A stretch of DNA of 64,000 nt from the sequence record NC_031927.1. The stretch is one strand, 5' to 3'. Made by a program: the position numbers and the translations under genes. Of the stretch, positions 28,501-36,593 are shown piece by piece. Within the stretch, counting starts at the first letter, position 1; every line of letters begins with the position of its first letter. The notes beneath the pieces were generated by a model that was given only the letters and a program-made list of their open reading frames with translations, had not been told where the DNA came from and did not search any database.

Positions 28501-29748
28501 ATTGATATTTCATCTAACCAAATTACAGTCGTTAGTCCAGAACTATTCTCAACCTTTGAAGGTATTTCCAGTAGTATTGGTTATCTATTGGTTGGTGGTG
28601 AGATTATGGAATATACGGACAATGGTGATGGCACATTGGGAATTACTTCTCGTGGTGTTGATTCAACATTGATTAATATTCATGATCAAGGCTCTAGGGT
28701 ATTCAAATATGAGTTGAGTGGTGTTTCTCTCAGGAGAATTAACACAGAGCACCAATTACCTACTGACCAGATTCTAGGAAATACTAGAGACTTTAATACT
28801 CTTCCATTGGAAATTGATCGTGGAGTTAGATCTATTGATGTTGGAATTACTCCATATACACCACAACTAAGTTTCAACCAAGAGCAACAATCTGGTGGAA
28901 ATTCTGTTAGATCATCACAAAACTTCCAGTATAATGCGATATTCCCTGCATTTGGGGTACTTACTCCTGGTGCAACTACCCAAATTGATACTTTGGTAAG
29001 AACTGTTACAGGAACTAGTGCTGGAGGTAATGAGGCATCATTTATTGATCAGGGTAGTGAGCCTATCGTATTAAATGCATTCAATGACTTTGATTCTCCT
29101 AGATTAGTTGCATCCATATACAATGAGAATGCATACTTACAAGATCTACCTAATAATAAGTCACTAACTATGGCTTTGACTTTTAGAAGCTCAGATCCAA
29201 ACTTAAGTCCCGCATTGGATATCAACCAAGCAACAGTCTTTAGTGCTAGATCTGCTCTTAATAATCCAGTAAGTAATTATGCTGATGATCCAAGAACAAA
29301 CCAGTTACTTGGAGATCCACATACCTCAATCTACATCTCCCAGAAGGTTGATTTGGATAATCCAGCAACATCTCTCAAAGTAATTCTTACTGCATATAGA
29401 GATGAGACGGCTGATTTCCGAGTTTGCTATAGGTTGTTTGGTGCTGATACACAAGGAAGCACAGAGCCAAGTTGGGTGTTATTCCCTGGGTACGACAACT
29501 TATTAGATACTACTGGTAATGGTATTGGTGATAAAATCATTGACGTATCCAAGTTCAGTGGTCTTCCCAATAAGAAAGTTCGTGCTAGTCGCTTAATTGG
29601 TCCATCAGGTTTTGAGGATCTTGAGTATCTTTATGAGATCGATTCTCTACCTGAGTTCTCAGCTTTCCAGTTGAAGATTGTATTCAGTGGAACCAATGAG
29701 GCTAGACCACCTTCACTCAACGACATCCGAGCAATCGCACTAGCTTAA
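22561..29748 (+). CDS. Large virion structural protein (VrlC-like / DUF4815-type), 2395 aa
   Basis: PYFDDFD..KDYYKVLFKPG.PVQARELT.LQSILQNQI, DNRRYTMRDIG.LEDRI and DPLAQTF motifs. Follows g8. Confidence 0.85.
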   Translation: MSQINLDTSPYFDDFDADKDYYKVLFKPGFPVQARELTTLQSILQNQISTFGEHFFKEGSMVIPGGITYNPQYTAVILEAQQGGIDVSLYLDQLVGKSIRGEVTGVRAKVIGYALPPQDAITNPTIFVTYTDSGNDDTTVFFTTNESLLLDQAIVYGNTTITANSIFATTVSTDATAVGSAAEIAEGVYFLRGTFVQVSKSSIVLEPYVNTPSYRVGLQITEQIVTAGQDNTLYDNAKGFNNFSAPGADRLKITLKLIKKPLNDYNDSNFVELLRVDFGEVKKLEENSNYNIIKEYIAGRTFDESGDYVINGFQLTADDSLNDNMGNGGIYNAEQTTEGGSKPSEDLAILKVSSGKAYVRGFDIKNPGTVNIDAPKARTTETQTSTGVPFEMGSKYFVNNVTSTPVVGLDIADNIIQLYSGRLDDSKEPTGDLIGEARVYSYSLEDAPYTSPATPWNLYLYDFQIFTKINLNRDVTSLLLAGYRVRGLSSGATGFVRTVSSDSATLTEVSGEFIIGERISINGSSIESISIASLTINKQNQVKSVKQNTSSLDPNIAVDFSADTRLYARVARNFAPSDTFSIDTSGFVTCAGRSFDSFKVGDIVVWQDSTNATLVYNEVLFLLPNDLGMNVGPVSNVAGVAAGTLPTSDLTGVNLRATESRVLNTENSALYVEMEKENIAKVNLDSSQLYFTTQITQQATVGSTLTLNRTLTGVNDALFTSFDQERYSIVYNDGTTETIGSEQVSLSADSTVITFTGLSKINEIGITVNVTAIKPSIKSKTKVLLKSQLLLVDKISPNLPADFGLTSNEFYGLRVDDEEISLNVADVESISAVYESLDGGDPVLDVLGFVNGLSLDANTVKGELILGSVSGTVAKMVDTTSPSNVRIVYFGQSRFEVGEEVIFSESNIKTNLQVVQPGNYNDITSKYTLDKGQREQFYDFSRLIRNGNAAAPNKKLLIVFDQFGVPADDNGDFYTANSYVEEIFATGVPMLRGGRLRASDTLDFRPRVAPFTATDASPFDYTSRDFATSGSTVVLVTAPDESMVLGYDYFVGRKDRVVLNTLGELKLVMGAPAFLPQLPESAEAALEIARVTYPPYVYDVDDITIITLDNRRYTMRDIGELEDRIETLEEVTSLSLLERETQSLQVLDADGNDRFKSGFFADDFRNTDFIDFDNPEARVVVGPTGTLEVGTQFASIPMQLQPESGIDINTLSLDQDFPLIDSNVRKTGDLVTLNYNQIEWLNQPLASRVENVNPFNVILYDGGMTLNPASDDFIVTRSIGNRQVNVFGESDEDFSRTFVEGIEVAQFMRERNVAFNAREIKPLTRFYPFFEGSGGIDFVPKLIEITMQNGTFQVGEAVIISVNNQTIFSARVAVQNHKTGPFNSPTTRFTTNPYNRDELISDGYSSSSTVLNVDIQSLSNLSDERYFGLIGPGLRLVGDQSGAIAVITDQRLVSDVSGDLFGSIYFRDPYTDPAPNFRLRTGIRTFRLSSSPTNELPQLGETIISFAEASFTSGGTIQNRRTESVNIRELPPPPPPIIIDRTVTNNFTTVIDRTVTVRPQTNITQITNITQRIRRRRRDPLAQTFFVDGTGAFLTGLDIYMKTKSEVDNLTIQIRRTELEIPLSSPIQDFAEVILTPNEVIVSDDATLPTPITFPSPIYLEPNVTYAVVLLAPTTDDYTAWIARMGENNITTPEGAASGAAVISQQYLGGSLFKSQNGSLWTPSQFEDLKFTLYKAQFVDTGTVFLNNPSIFETTDLDRNPIQTLPRKLTVFVEPTTYAFETGEKLASTASGVNNIARVVGEVEFVGAGVTLSSVTEGGIGYLDGSYSSVELTPINTNGINVLADVTITGGQVGIVSITSSGSGYRVGDTLGITTSLVGGSGGDAVVTVDSVGDTDTVFLTNVIGEKINITDSLNSYDEVGNVLTAIGTTISAESEVTDPMNTGSVFVLDLAAHGMMADNNIVRINGCLPDTLGTDLVEGIDISSNQITVVSPELFSTFEGISSSIGYLLVGGEIMEYTDNGDGTLGITSRGVDSTLINIHDQGSRVFKYELSGVSLRRINTEHQLPTDQILGNTRDFNTLPLEIDRGVRSIDVGITPYTPQLSFNQEQQSGGNSVRSSQNFQYNAIFPAFGVLTPGATTQIDTLVRTVTGTSAGGNEASFIDQGSEPIVLNAFNDFDSPRLVASIYNENAYLQDLPNNKSLTMALTFRSSDPNLSPALDINQATVFSARSALNNPVSNYADDPRTNQLLGDPHTSIYISQKVDLDNPATSLKVILTAYRDETADFRVCYRLFGADTQGSTEPSWVLFPGYDNLLDTTGNGIGDKIIDVSKFSGLPNKKVRASRLIGPSGFEDLEYLYEIDSLPEFSAFQLKIVFSGTNEARPPSLNDIRAIALA

Positions 29749-29972
29749 TGGAAGATAAAAGAATAAAAGTAGAGGGACATAACACCCTCTACAGGACTAG
29801 TAAAGGTTCTATTGTAAATTCGGACAAAGATGCCTATGAGGCATATATGACGAAAAGGGCACTTTCTAAATCAAAAAACGAAACATTAAAATGTTTAAGT
29901 AATGAGTTGGAAAATGCTAAGGCTGAGATTGAAGAGCTTAAATGTTTGATAAAACAAATTATTCATAAATAG
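29748..29972 (+). CDS. Small coiled-coil hypothetical protein
   Basis: ORF track. TAATG coupling to the upstream gene. Heptad-like C-terminus. Confidence 0.8.
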   Translation: MEDKRIKVEGHNTLYRTSKGSIVNSDKDAYEAYMTKRALSKSKNETLKCLSNELENAKAEIEELKCLIKQIIHK

Positions 29973-29999
29973 AAATAGTATAGAATTAACTTAACTTCC

Positions 30000-30533
30000 A
30001 TGGCTAGTGCCTACGTATCAAACATTACTATTGATCAAGGTACTGACTTTTCGGCTAGCTTTAAGTTGGACGACGCTGGAACTGCTATTCCAATTAACTT
30101 AACCCAATTTAGAGGTGTAAGTCAGTTGAGAAAGCATTCTGGTGCTAAATTTGGAGTGGGATTCGATGTCTCCATTCTAAATCCAAAGTCAGGTGAAATT
30201 ATCATTAGACTCACCGCCGCCCAAACATCTGTCCTCAGGGAGGGTAGATATGTATATGATGTCATATTGATTAATAATACAGACGGTAAAATTTATCGAG
30301 CTGTTGAGGGCATGGCTCTAGTAAATCCAGGAGTAACAGACATGCATTCAGGAATTATTCCACCATCAACTCCACCAGTTGCTGTTGGTCCAAATCCCCC
30401 AGAAAATCCAATCGAAGGAAATCTCTGGTGGAATACTCACGAAGGTCGTATGTACATCTACTACACCGATCAAGATAGCTCACAGTGGGTACAAACTAAC
30501 CCATCTAGTAAAGATAACGAGAGGTCTTTCTGA
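30000..30533 (+). CDS. Virion structural protein with a C-terminal fibre-type W-rich motif
   Basis: NITIDQGTDF...GRYVYDV...AVEG.ALVNPGVT, then P-rich NPIEGNLWWN..EGRMYIYY.D...QWV. CATAAATA at 29964. Confidence 0.75.
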   Translation: MASAYVSNITIDQGTDFSASFKLDDAGTAIPINLTQFRGVSQLRKHSGAKFGVGFDVSILNPKSGEIIIRLTAAQTSVLREGRYVYDVILINNTDGKIYRAVEGMALVNPGVTDMHSGIIPPSTPPVAVGPNPPENPIEGNLWWNTHEGRMYIYYTDQDSSQWVQTNPSSKDNERSF

Positions 30534-30790
30534 TGGCAAATCTACTCGACCAAATTGGGCAAAGAAATGTTGTCCGTGTTCTTTCTAATGGAGTTCCATC
30601 TTCACTAGAGGGTCTAACTGATACCGACTTTAATGGTATCCAAGACGGATCTGTTCCTGTGTGGAATGGTGAAGTTTTTAGTCAGAAAGTTGAATCATGC
30701 CAGCTAAGTACATCATCTTGTATCCTTACTGTTGATCCTGTAACTAAAAATACAGCATTTACAGACACTCTAGATGGAGGTTTCTTCTGA
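30533..30790 (+). CDS. Short virion structural protein
   Basis: ORF track. Translationally coupled on both sides, ends LDGGFF. Confidence 0.7.
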   Translation: MANLLDQIGQRNVVRVLSNGVPSSLEGLTDTDFNGIQDGSVPVWNGEVFSQKVESCQLSTSSCILTVDPVTKNTAFTDTLDGGFF

Positions 30791-31674
30791 TGGCTAAGCC
30801 AAGTACAAGGCAAGAGCTTGTAGAATACGCTCTAAGGCGTCTAGGTGCCCCTGTATTGGAGATTAACGTTGCTGATGAGCAACTCGATGATATCCTTGAT
30901 GATACCATCCAGCACTTCCAGGAAAGGCACTACGATGGGGTTATTCGTACTTATCTAAAGTATGAATTTACCGAAGAAGACATTATGAGGGGTACTGATT
31001 ACAACCCATTCTTCCAGGCAGGTATTAGTACTGCTTCCCAGACTTATCCAGGAGCCACTGGTGCTACTGTAGATAAGTTTGTAGAAAACTCAAACTATAT
31101 CCAAATACCAGACCATATTATTGGTATTGAGAAAGTATTCACTCCCCCTAGTGCAACTGGTGGCGGTAGTGGATACTATCCTGGTGGTGGTATCTTGGGT
31201 CCAGGAGCATCCTATTATGGGATGAATGGATATGGATACCTCGGTGGTATGGGTGGATTTGGTAATGGGGGAATGGTTACCCTTTATATGGCTGAAATGT
31301 GGAGATCTACTTATGATTTCCTAGCCAACCCACCATCAATCATCCGCTTCAACAAACGCCAAAATCGTCTGTACCTAGATATTAACTGGAACAGACTTTC
31401 AGCGGGTAGTGTGATTATTGTTGATTGTTACAGAGCACTAGATCCAGAGCATTTCTGTGAGATCTACAACGATAGTTGGGTCAAAAAGTATCTAGTTTCT
31501 GCTATCAAGAAGCAGTGGGGTCAGAACCTAATCAAATTCACTGGTACCAAACTACCTGGTGGAGTTGAGATGAATGGAAGACAGTTATATGATGATGGCG
31601 TTAGAGAGCTTGAAGAAATCAAGCGAGATATGTCTAGCGCATATGAACTACCACCCCTAGATTTCGTCGGTTAA
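30790..31674 (+). CDS. g13: Neck protein gp13
   Basis: RQELVEYALRRLGAPVLEINV, WVKKY...IKKQWGQNLIKF...LPGGVEMNG and ELPPLDFVG. Confidence 0.95.
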   Translation: MAKPSTRQELVEYALRRLGAPVLEINVADEQLDDILDDTIQHFQERHYDGVIRTYLKYEFTEEDIMRGTDYNPFFQAGISTASQTYPGATGATVDKFVENSNYIQIPDHIIGIEKVFTPPSATGGGSGYYPGGGILGPGASYYGMNGYGYLGGMGGFGNGGMVTLYMAEMWRSTYDFLANPPSIIRFNKRQNRLYLDINWNRLSAGSVIIVDCYRALDPEHFCEIYNDSWVKKYLVSAIKKQWGQNLIKFTGTKLPGGVEMNGRQLYDDGVRELEEIKRDMSSAYELPPLDFVG

Positions 31675-31679
31675 TTACA

Positions 31680-33143
31680 ATGGTCGTCAATCCTTTCTTT
31701 TTACACGGCTCTACTCAAGAGCAAAACCTACAACAGGATCTCATTAATGAGCAGATCCGAATGTATGGTATGGATGTATATTACATTCCTCGTAATTTTG
31801 TTAGGGAGGCGACCATTATGAGGGAGGTAACTTCCTCTGCCTTCAGATCTTACTTTATTATTGAGGCTTACCTCAACAACTTTGATGGCTACGGCGGTCA
31901 GGGTGATATTATGTCTAAATTTGGTATCCAAGTTAAAGACGAGATCACCTTGACCTTATCAAGAGAGCGATATGAGAATTATATTGCTCCTTTCTTGAAT
32001 TCTAGGATGCTATATCTTATGAATTCTGCTGCCGATGATGGCGCACTTCAAACAATTCAAAGACCTAGAGAAGGGGACTTAATCTATTTCCCACTAGGCA
32101 GAAGACTTTTTGAAATCAAATATGTAGAGCACGAACAGCCATTCTATCAGCTAGGTACAGGATATACCTACGAATTGCAGTGTGAGCTATTTGAATATGA
32201 AGATGAAATCCTCAATACCTCTATTGATGAGATTGATACTACCATCATTAATAAAGGTTTCATCAATACACTAAATCTAGTACCATTAAGTAATAGAGCA
32301 GAGGTTACTGCTAATTTGGGTACTGGTTACATTAGAGAGTTGGTTATATTAAATGAAGGTAATAACTTTAGAGAAACTCCTTCAATCTATATCACTCCAC
32401 CCCCAGAAGGTGGGGTTGAGCCTAATGTTGTCGCACTATTAACTAAAGCAGACTCAAATATTATTGAGCCAGCTATTAAGCAACTAGTTACATTTAGTAG
32501 TGGTTCTGGTTATATTGAAGATCCAGAAGCAATTGCTGTAGGTGGAGGTGGTGAAGGTTCGATTATTAGGGCAACAATCAATACAGAATCTTTAGGTATT
32601 ATTGATTTTGAGGTTACTAATGCCGGTGCTGGTTATCCCGAAGATGCTGCGATTATTGTATATGATAAAGATAATAACCCAGTAGCCGAAGGTTTAGCAT
32701 TGACTGACGGGGAAAAAATTGTATCCGCAATCATTAAAAATCCTGGTGCTGATCTAAAAGATGATATTAATGTTGTAGTATCTGCCCCAGCAACTTCTGG
32801 TGAAGGTGCTTACCTTTACAATGAGATTATTATAGGTAAAGAATCTGGTATGCAGGCACGTGTTCGAGGTTGGAATGCTATTACTTGTCAATTAGAAGTC
32901 ACTAACCTTGACCCAGAGAAAAACTTTGTTAATTTCCAGACAGGTGAGATTATTGAAGGTGAGAAGAGTGGTGCTAGGTATTCATTGAAAAACTTCAACT
33001 CAGATCAGACCCCAGCGGATGGTTTCAGTCAGAATGATGGAATCCAAGAGGAAGCTGATGTGGTTGTAGATACAAGTGAGTATAACCAGTTCTTTGATCC
33101 CAACCAAGATTACTTCTCATCTGATAATCCATTTGGCGAATAA
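31680..33143 (+). CDS. g14: Neck protein gp14
   Basis: NPFFLHG...EQ.L.QDLINEQIRMYG, PREGDLIYFP...LFEIKYVEHE.PFYQLG and terminal DNPFG. Confidence 0.95.
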   Translation: MVVNPFFLHGSTQEQNLQQDLINEQIRMYGMDVYYIPRNFVREATIMREVTSSAFRSYFIIEAYLNNFDGYGGQGDIMSKFGIQVKDEITLTLSRERYENYIAPFLNSRMLYLMNSAADDGALQTIQRPREGDLIYFPLGRRLFEIKYVEHEQPFYQLGTGYTYELQCELFEYEDEILNTSIDEIDTTIINKGFINTLNLVPLSNRAEVTANLGTGYIRELVILNEGNNFRETPSIYITPPPEGGVEPNVVALLTKADSNIIEPAIKQLVTFSSGSGYIEDPEAIAVGGGGEGSIIRATINTESLGIIDFEVTNAGAGYPEDAAIIVYDKDNNPVAEGLALTDGEKIVSAIIKNPGADLKDDINVVVSAPATSGEGAYLYNEIIIGKESGMQARVRGWNAITCQLEVTNLDPEKNFVNFQTGEIIEGEKSGARYSLKNFNSDQTPADGFSQNDGIQEEADVVVDTSEYNQFFDPNQDYFSSDNPFGE

Positions 33144-33171
33144 ATAAAGCATACTGATACTGTTTATTGCT

Positions 33172-33978
33172 GTGGGTGAATATTTCTATCACGGAATATT
33201 TAAGAAGACTACCGTTGCTTTTGGTAATCTCTTTAATAATATCCAAATCCAAAAAGTAAATAACGCTGATAAAACAATCAATGTTATGAAGGTAGGTCTT
33301 GGCTATGGACCTACTCAAAAGTTTTTGGCTAGATTGAATCAAATGGGTGAGTTGGATCAGCCAACACAGATCACTCTACCTAGAATGTCCTTTGAGATGA
33401 CTGGGATTTCTTATGATGCAACTAGAAAAACCAAGCCAACACAGACATTTAAGACCACTGATCGGGGTGAAAAGTTACAGAAAGTATACTTACCTGTTCC
33501 GTATAATGTTGAATATGAGCTTACCATTATGGCTAAGCTTAATGAAGATTGTTTGCAGATTGTAGAACAGATTCTTCCATACTTTCAGCCAGCATATACA
33601 ACGACAGTTGATCTATTAGAAGAAGTTGGTGAGAAGAGAGATATTCCTATTGTACTAAACTCAATCAATTTTACTGATGATTATGAAGGTGACTTCGCTA
33701 GTCGTCGTATCTTATTGTATACATTAAGCTTTACGGCTAAAACTTATCTATTCGGTCCTCTTGATGAGACTGGTGATGGTCTTATCAGGAAGGTTCAGGT
33801 TGATTATCATACAACTCATAAGAGACCTCCTGTTAGAGAAGTTAGATATACCGTCACACCTGACCCAGTTGACGCTGGTCCCGATGATGACTTTGGGTTT
33901 AATGAAGAGACTGAACTATTCTTTGATAGTAAGGTCTATAGCCCAACACAAAATATAGACTATACACCTGATAAATAA
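33172..33978 (+). CDS. g15: Tail sheath stabiliser / tail terminator gp15
   Basis: YFYH..FKKT.VAFG.LFNNI, PRMSFE and EQILPYFQP motifs. GTG start. Confidence 0.95.
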   Translation: MGEYFYHGIFKKTTVAFGNLFNNIQIQKVNNADKTINVMKVGLGYGPTQKFLARLNQMGELDQPTQITLPRMSFEMTGISYDATRKTKPTQTFKTTDRGEKLQKVYLPVPYNVEYELTIMAKLNEDCLQIVEQILPYFQPAYTTTVDLLEEVGEKRDIPIVLNSINFTDDYEGDFASRRILLYTLSFTAKTYLFGPLDETGDGLIRKVQVDYHTTHKRPPVREVRYTVTPDPVDAGPDDDFGFNEETELFFDSKVYSPTQNIDYTPDK

Positions 33979-34000
33979 ACATAGTAAACCCCATATTCCT

Positions 34001-34447
34001 GTGAGTAATTTCGATCCCATTGATGAAGCTCTGAATATTGAGTCTGAGATTGTTAAGCAACCAAAGACCTATGATCTAACTCGGATTGATGATGAGGAAG
34101 AACTTGTCGTTTCTGATCGGAATGATAAGCAGAAGGATTATGAGTATGCTAGGGCTAATCTATACAGCCTAATGGAAAAGGGACAGGAAGCCGTAGCAGG
34201 TGCCCTAGAACTAGCCCAGGAGGGCGACAGTGCCCGTTCTTATGAAGTAGCCATCAATGGCGTCAAAAGTATGGCAGAGGTCGCAGAGAAGCTCCTAGAC
34301 CTTCAGAAGAAGGTTAAGGACTTGGATGAGGTTTCTGTAACCAATACTCAAAATAATGTAACAAACAATTCCGTCTTTGTTGGTTCTACAACAGAATTGC
34401 AGAAGATGATTAAAGAGGGAATGCTAAATAAACTACCAGAATCGTAA
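34001..34447 (+). CDS. g16: Terminase small subunit gp16
   Basis: DYEYARANLYSL.EKGQEA and NVTNNSVFVGSTTELQK motifs. Confidence 0.93.
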   Translation: MSNFDPIDEALNIESEIVKQPKTYDLTRIDDEEELVVSDRNDKQKDYEYARANLYSLMEKGQEAVAGALELAQEGDSARSYEVAINGVKSMAEVAEKLLDLQKKVKDLDEVSVTNTQNNVTNNSVFVGSTTELQKMIKEGMLNKLPES

Positions 34448-34451
34448 GGCT

Positions 34452-34862
34452 ATGGCTAAGAAAGATAAAAAGCGCTGTAAAGAGTGCGAAGGTATGGGAA
34501 AGGACTGCAAGTGCTCTAAAAAAGGAAAGGGTGGGTACTTTGGCTTTGACCAAAATATGGATGACTATACTATGGATTCCGGTCACGGATCGGATGAAGG
34601 TGGAGACGGTGGTGGGATGTCGGAAGGTATTAGGATGCCTAAAGCACCTTCAGATGCCGACAAATCAATGCAAGGTGCATCTAGACAAAGAAAGGAGAAA
34701 ACATTGTCCGATTTTAGATCTGCTGCTGATGACGCCAAAAAACGTCAGAAGTATAAAGATGAGAATGATGACCTTGCGGTTACTCGTATGAAGAAAGGTG
34801 TTCGTTTCTATGATAAGAAGGGATCTGGATACCTTAAAGGTGGTAAAAAAACGTATGACTAA
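34452..34862 (+). CDS. Lys/Gly-rich hypothetical protein in the g16-g17 insert
   Basis: ORF track. C-x2-C-x5-C-x-C N-terminus, GGDGGGMSEG linker, basic C-terminus. Confidence 0.75.
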   Translation: MAKKDKKRCKECEGMGKDCKCSKKGKGGYFGFDQNMDDYTMDSGHGSDEGGDGGGMSEGIRMPKAPSDADKSMQGASRQRKEKTLSDFRSAADDAKKRQKYKDENDDLAVTRMKKGVRFYDKKGSGYLKGGKKTYD

Positions 34863-34960
34863 ATAAGTGTGAAGGGCAATATAATGAAGGACGGCTTTAT
34901 ATGTCGTCGATGCAGTTCTTGGAGCCTTTCACATTATTTTATTAAATCCTGTTATTAGAT

Positions 34961-36079
34961 ATGGCTAAGAAAAAGGGTCTATGGGATAATATCCACGCTA
35001 AACGTAAGCGCGGTGAAGCCCCCGCTAAAAAAGGTAGCAAAGACTATCCCGAGACACTAGATATTGGTGAAGGTATGAAGACCGCTCGCAAGAATGTGGG
35101 CGCTGATACTTGCTGGGATGGTTACAAAGCCAAAGGAACTAAAAAGAAAGATGGTAAAGAAGTCCCAAACTGTGTAAAGGAAGGTAAGACCTTTGCGGAG
35201 TTTTGTGCTGAAGGTAAGTCACGTATTGAGACTGATCCAGATTATAGAAAAAGATTTAAGGCTTTAGCTGATAACTTTGCAGAAAAGCGCAAGGAGCAAA
35301 CAAAGGCAAAGATGAAGAAGGAATCTGTAGAGATTCTTGATGTTGACGGGAATATGGTTGCTGAAATAACAGACCTAATTTCACCAGAGCCTATGAGTGG
35401 TTGGAAGCAGCAGATGGGTGAAGGTGCTATTGCTGATAGGATGAGAGCAAATCTCAAAGCCAAAAAGAAGGAATGGGATGAGAAGGGAGAGAAAGCCAAG
35501 AAAGATGGCTATGATGCCCTAGAAAAAGTCAAAAAGACCCAAGATGACCTTGAGAAGAGTGACTATATCCAAAATGTAGGTGAAGACTACAAGAAACTTC
35601 CCAAGCGCAAGATGGGAATGAAGGCTGGTAAAAAGATTATCAGTGCTATCGGTCACGCTGGTAAAGCTGGCGAAGAGGATGAAGGCACTATTGAAGACCA
35701 GATCCGTATGCAAAAGGCAGGTAAAAAAACTAAGCAAGCTGACAAAATCCATAAGACTGCCAGCAAGCATAGTGAAACTCTATCTAAAATGAAATCTTTG
35801 AAGAATAAGCTTAAGGGTCTTACCAAAGAAGAGTATGTAGATGAGGCTGCTTGGACTAAAAAAGAGGGAAAGAATAAAGCCGGGGGGCTTAACGAGAAGG
35901 GACGCAAATCCTATGAACGAGAGAACCCCGGCAGTGACCTAAAAGCACCACAACCAGAGGGTGGAGATCGCAAGGACTCCTTTTGTCGTAGAATGAAAGG
36001 GATGCGTAAGCGCCAAAAGCCAGAGAATAATACTGGCGATGACCGTCTATCCCTATCACTTAAAAAATGGAAATGCTGA
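34961..36079 (+). CDS. Lys-rich modular protein, possible internal head protein
   Basis: Modules GLWDNIHAKRKRGE, CWDGY...PNCVKE and WTKKEGKN..GGLNEKGRKSYERENPGSDLKAP...FC.RMKGM, separated by xxE-G/A junctions. Confidence 0.8.
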   Translation: MAKKKGLWDNIHAKRKRGEAPAKKGSKDYPETLDIGEGMKTARKNVGADTCWDGYKAKGTKKKDGKEVPNCVKEGKTFAEFCAEGKSRIETDPDYRKRFKALADNFAEKRKEQTKAKMKKESVEILDVDGNMVAEITDLISPEPMSGWKQQMGEGAIADRMRANLKAKKKEWDEKGEKAKKDGYDALEKVKKTQDDLEKSDYIQNVGEDYKKLPKRKMGMKAGKKIISAIGHAGKAGEEDEGTIEDQIRMQKAGKKTKQADKIHKTASKHSETLSKMKSLKNKLKGLTKEEYVDEAAWTKKEGKNKAGGLNEKGRKSYERENPGSDLKAPQPEGGDRKDSFCRRMKGMRKRQKPENNTGDDRLSLSLKKWKC

Positions 36080-36174
36080 TACACGCATTAGGGCATAAAT
36101 GGTTCCTAGGACTACTATGCTATGCACTTGTTATGATACCCACACTAGGTATAATGTACATTCACAAAGAATGA
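36073..36174 (+). CDS. Putative 33-aa membrane micropeptide (MLIHALGHKWFLGLLCYALVMIPTLGIMYIHKE)
   Basis: My translation. Overlaps the upstream stop codon. One TM segment. Confidence 0.5.
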   Translation: MLIHALGHKWFLGLLCYALVMIPTLGIMYIHKE

Positions 36175-36286
36175 TATATAATGCGTCAGTAATACTTCTT
36201 TACCTCAATGGGTCATTTTTACGAAGGCGCTGCCTGCCTATTTGCATTCATCTTTGTTCTAAATATTATTAAAGTATCCAAGTAAG

Positions 36287-36556
36287 ATGTCTAATCAAAA
36301 CTACATAAGATATGATGAGACTCCAGGTGATGTGGCTTCACCCCAACCAACTACAACTCCAGGTACTGTTGATCCGGGCAGTACTTGGGAAACCAAGCCA
36401 TATCTAAACTTTAACGGCGACTACGAAAGGTATAGTGATACCGCAGGAATCTCAACTGCACCTCAACCAACTCCAAATGGTGGGGATTATGTTAGATATA
36501 GTGATGTTCCAGGTGTTGCTGCACCCCCCGCACAGCCCTATGTAAGAACTCCCTAA
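36287..36556 (+). CDS. Pro/Thr-rich protein with three internal repeats
   Basis: YIRYDETPG / YERYSDTAG / YVRYSDVPG, each followed by a PQP(T) motif. Confidence 0.8.
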   Translation: MSNQNYIRYDETPGDVASPQPTTTPGTVDPGSTWETKPYLNFNGDYERYSDTAGISTAPQPTPNGGDYVRYSDVPGVAAPPAQPYVRTP

Positions 36557-36562
36557 TAAACT

Positions 36563-36587
36563 GCCCTACATACAGTAGGGCTTTTTT
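36563..36587 (+). terminator. Intrinsic terminator before g17
   Basis: GCCCTAC-ATACA-GTAGGGC followed by T6. Confidence 0.85.
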
Positions 36588-36593
36588 AATGCA

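Noticed and set aside
36208-36285. 25-aa hydrophobic micro-ORF MGHFYEGAACLFAFIFVLNIIKVSK
   Set aside because: It is plausible by position (ends 1 nt before ATG 36287), but it has no RBS and a competing frame starts at 36171. Left unresolved.
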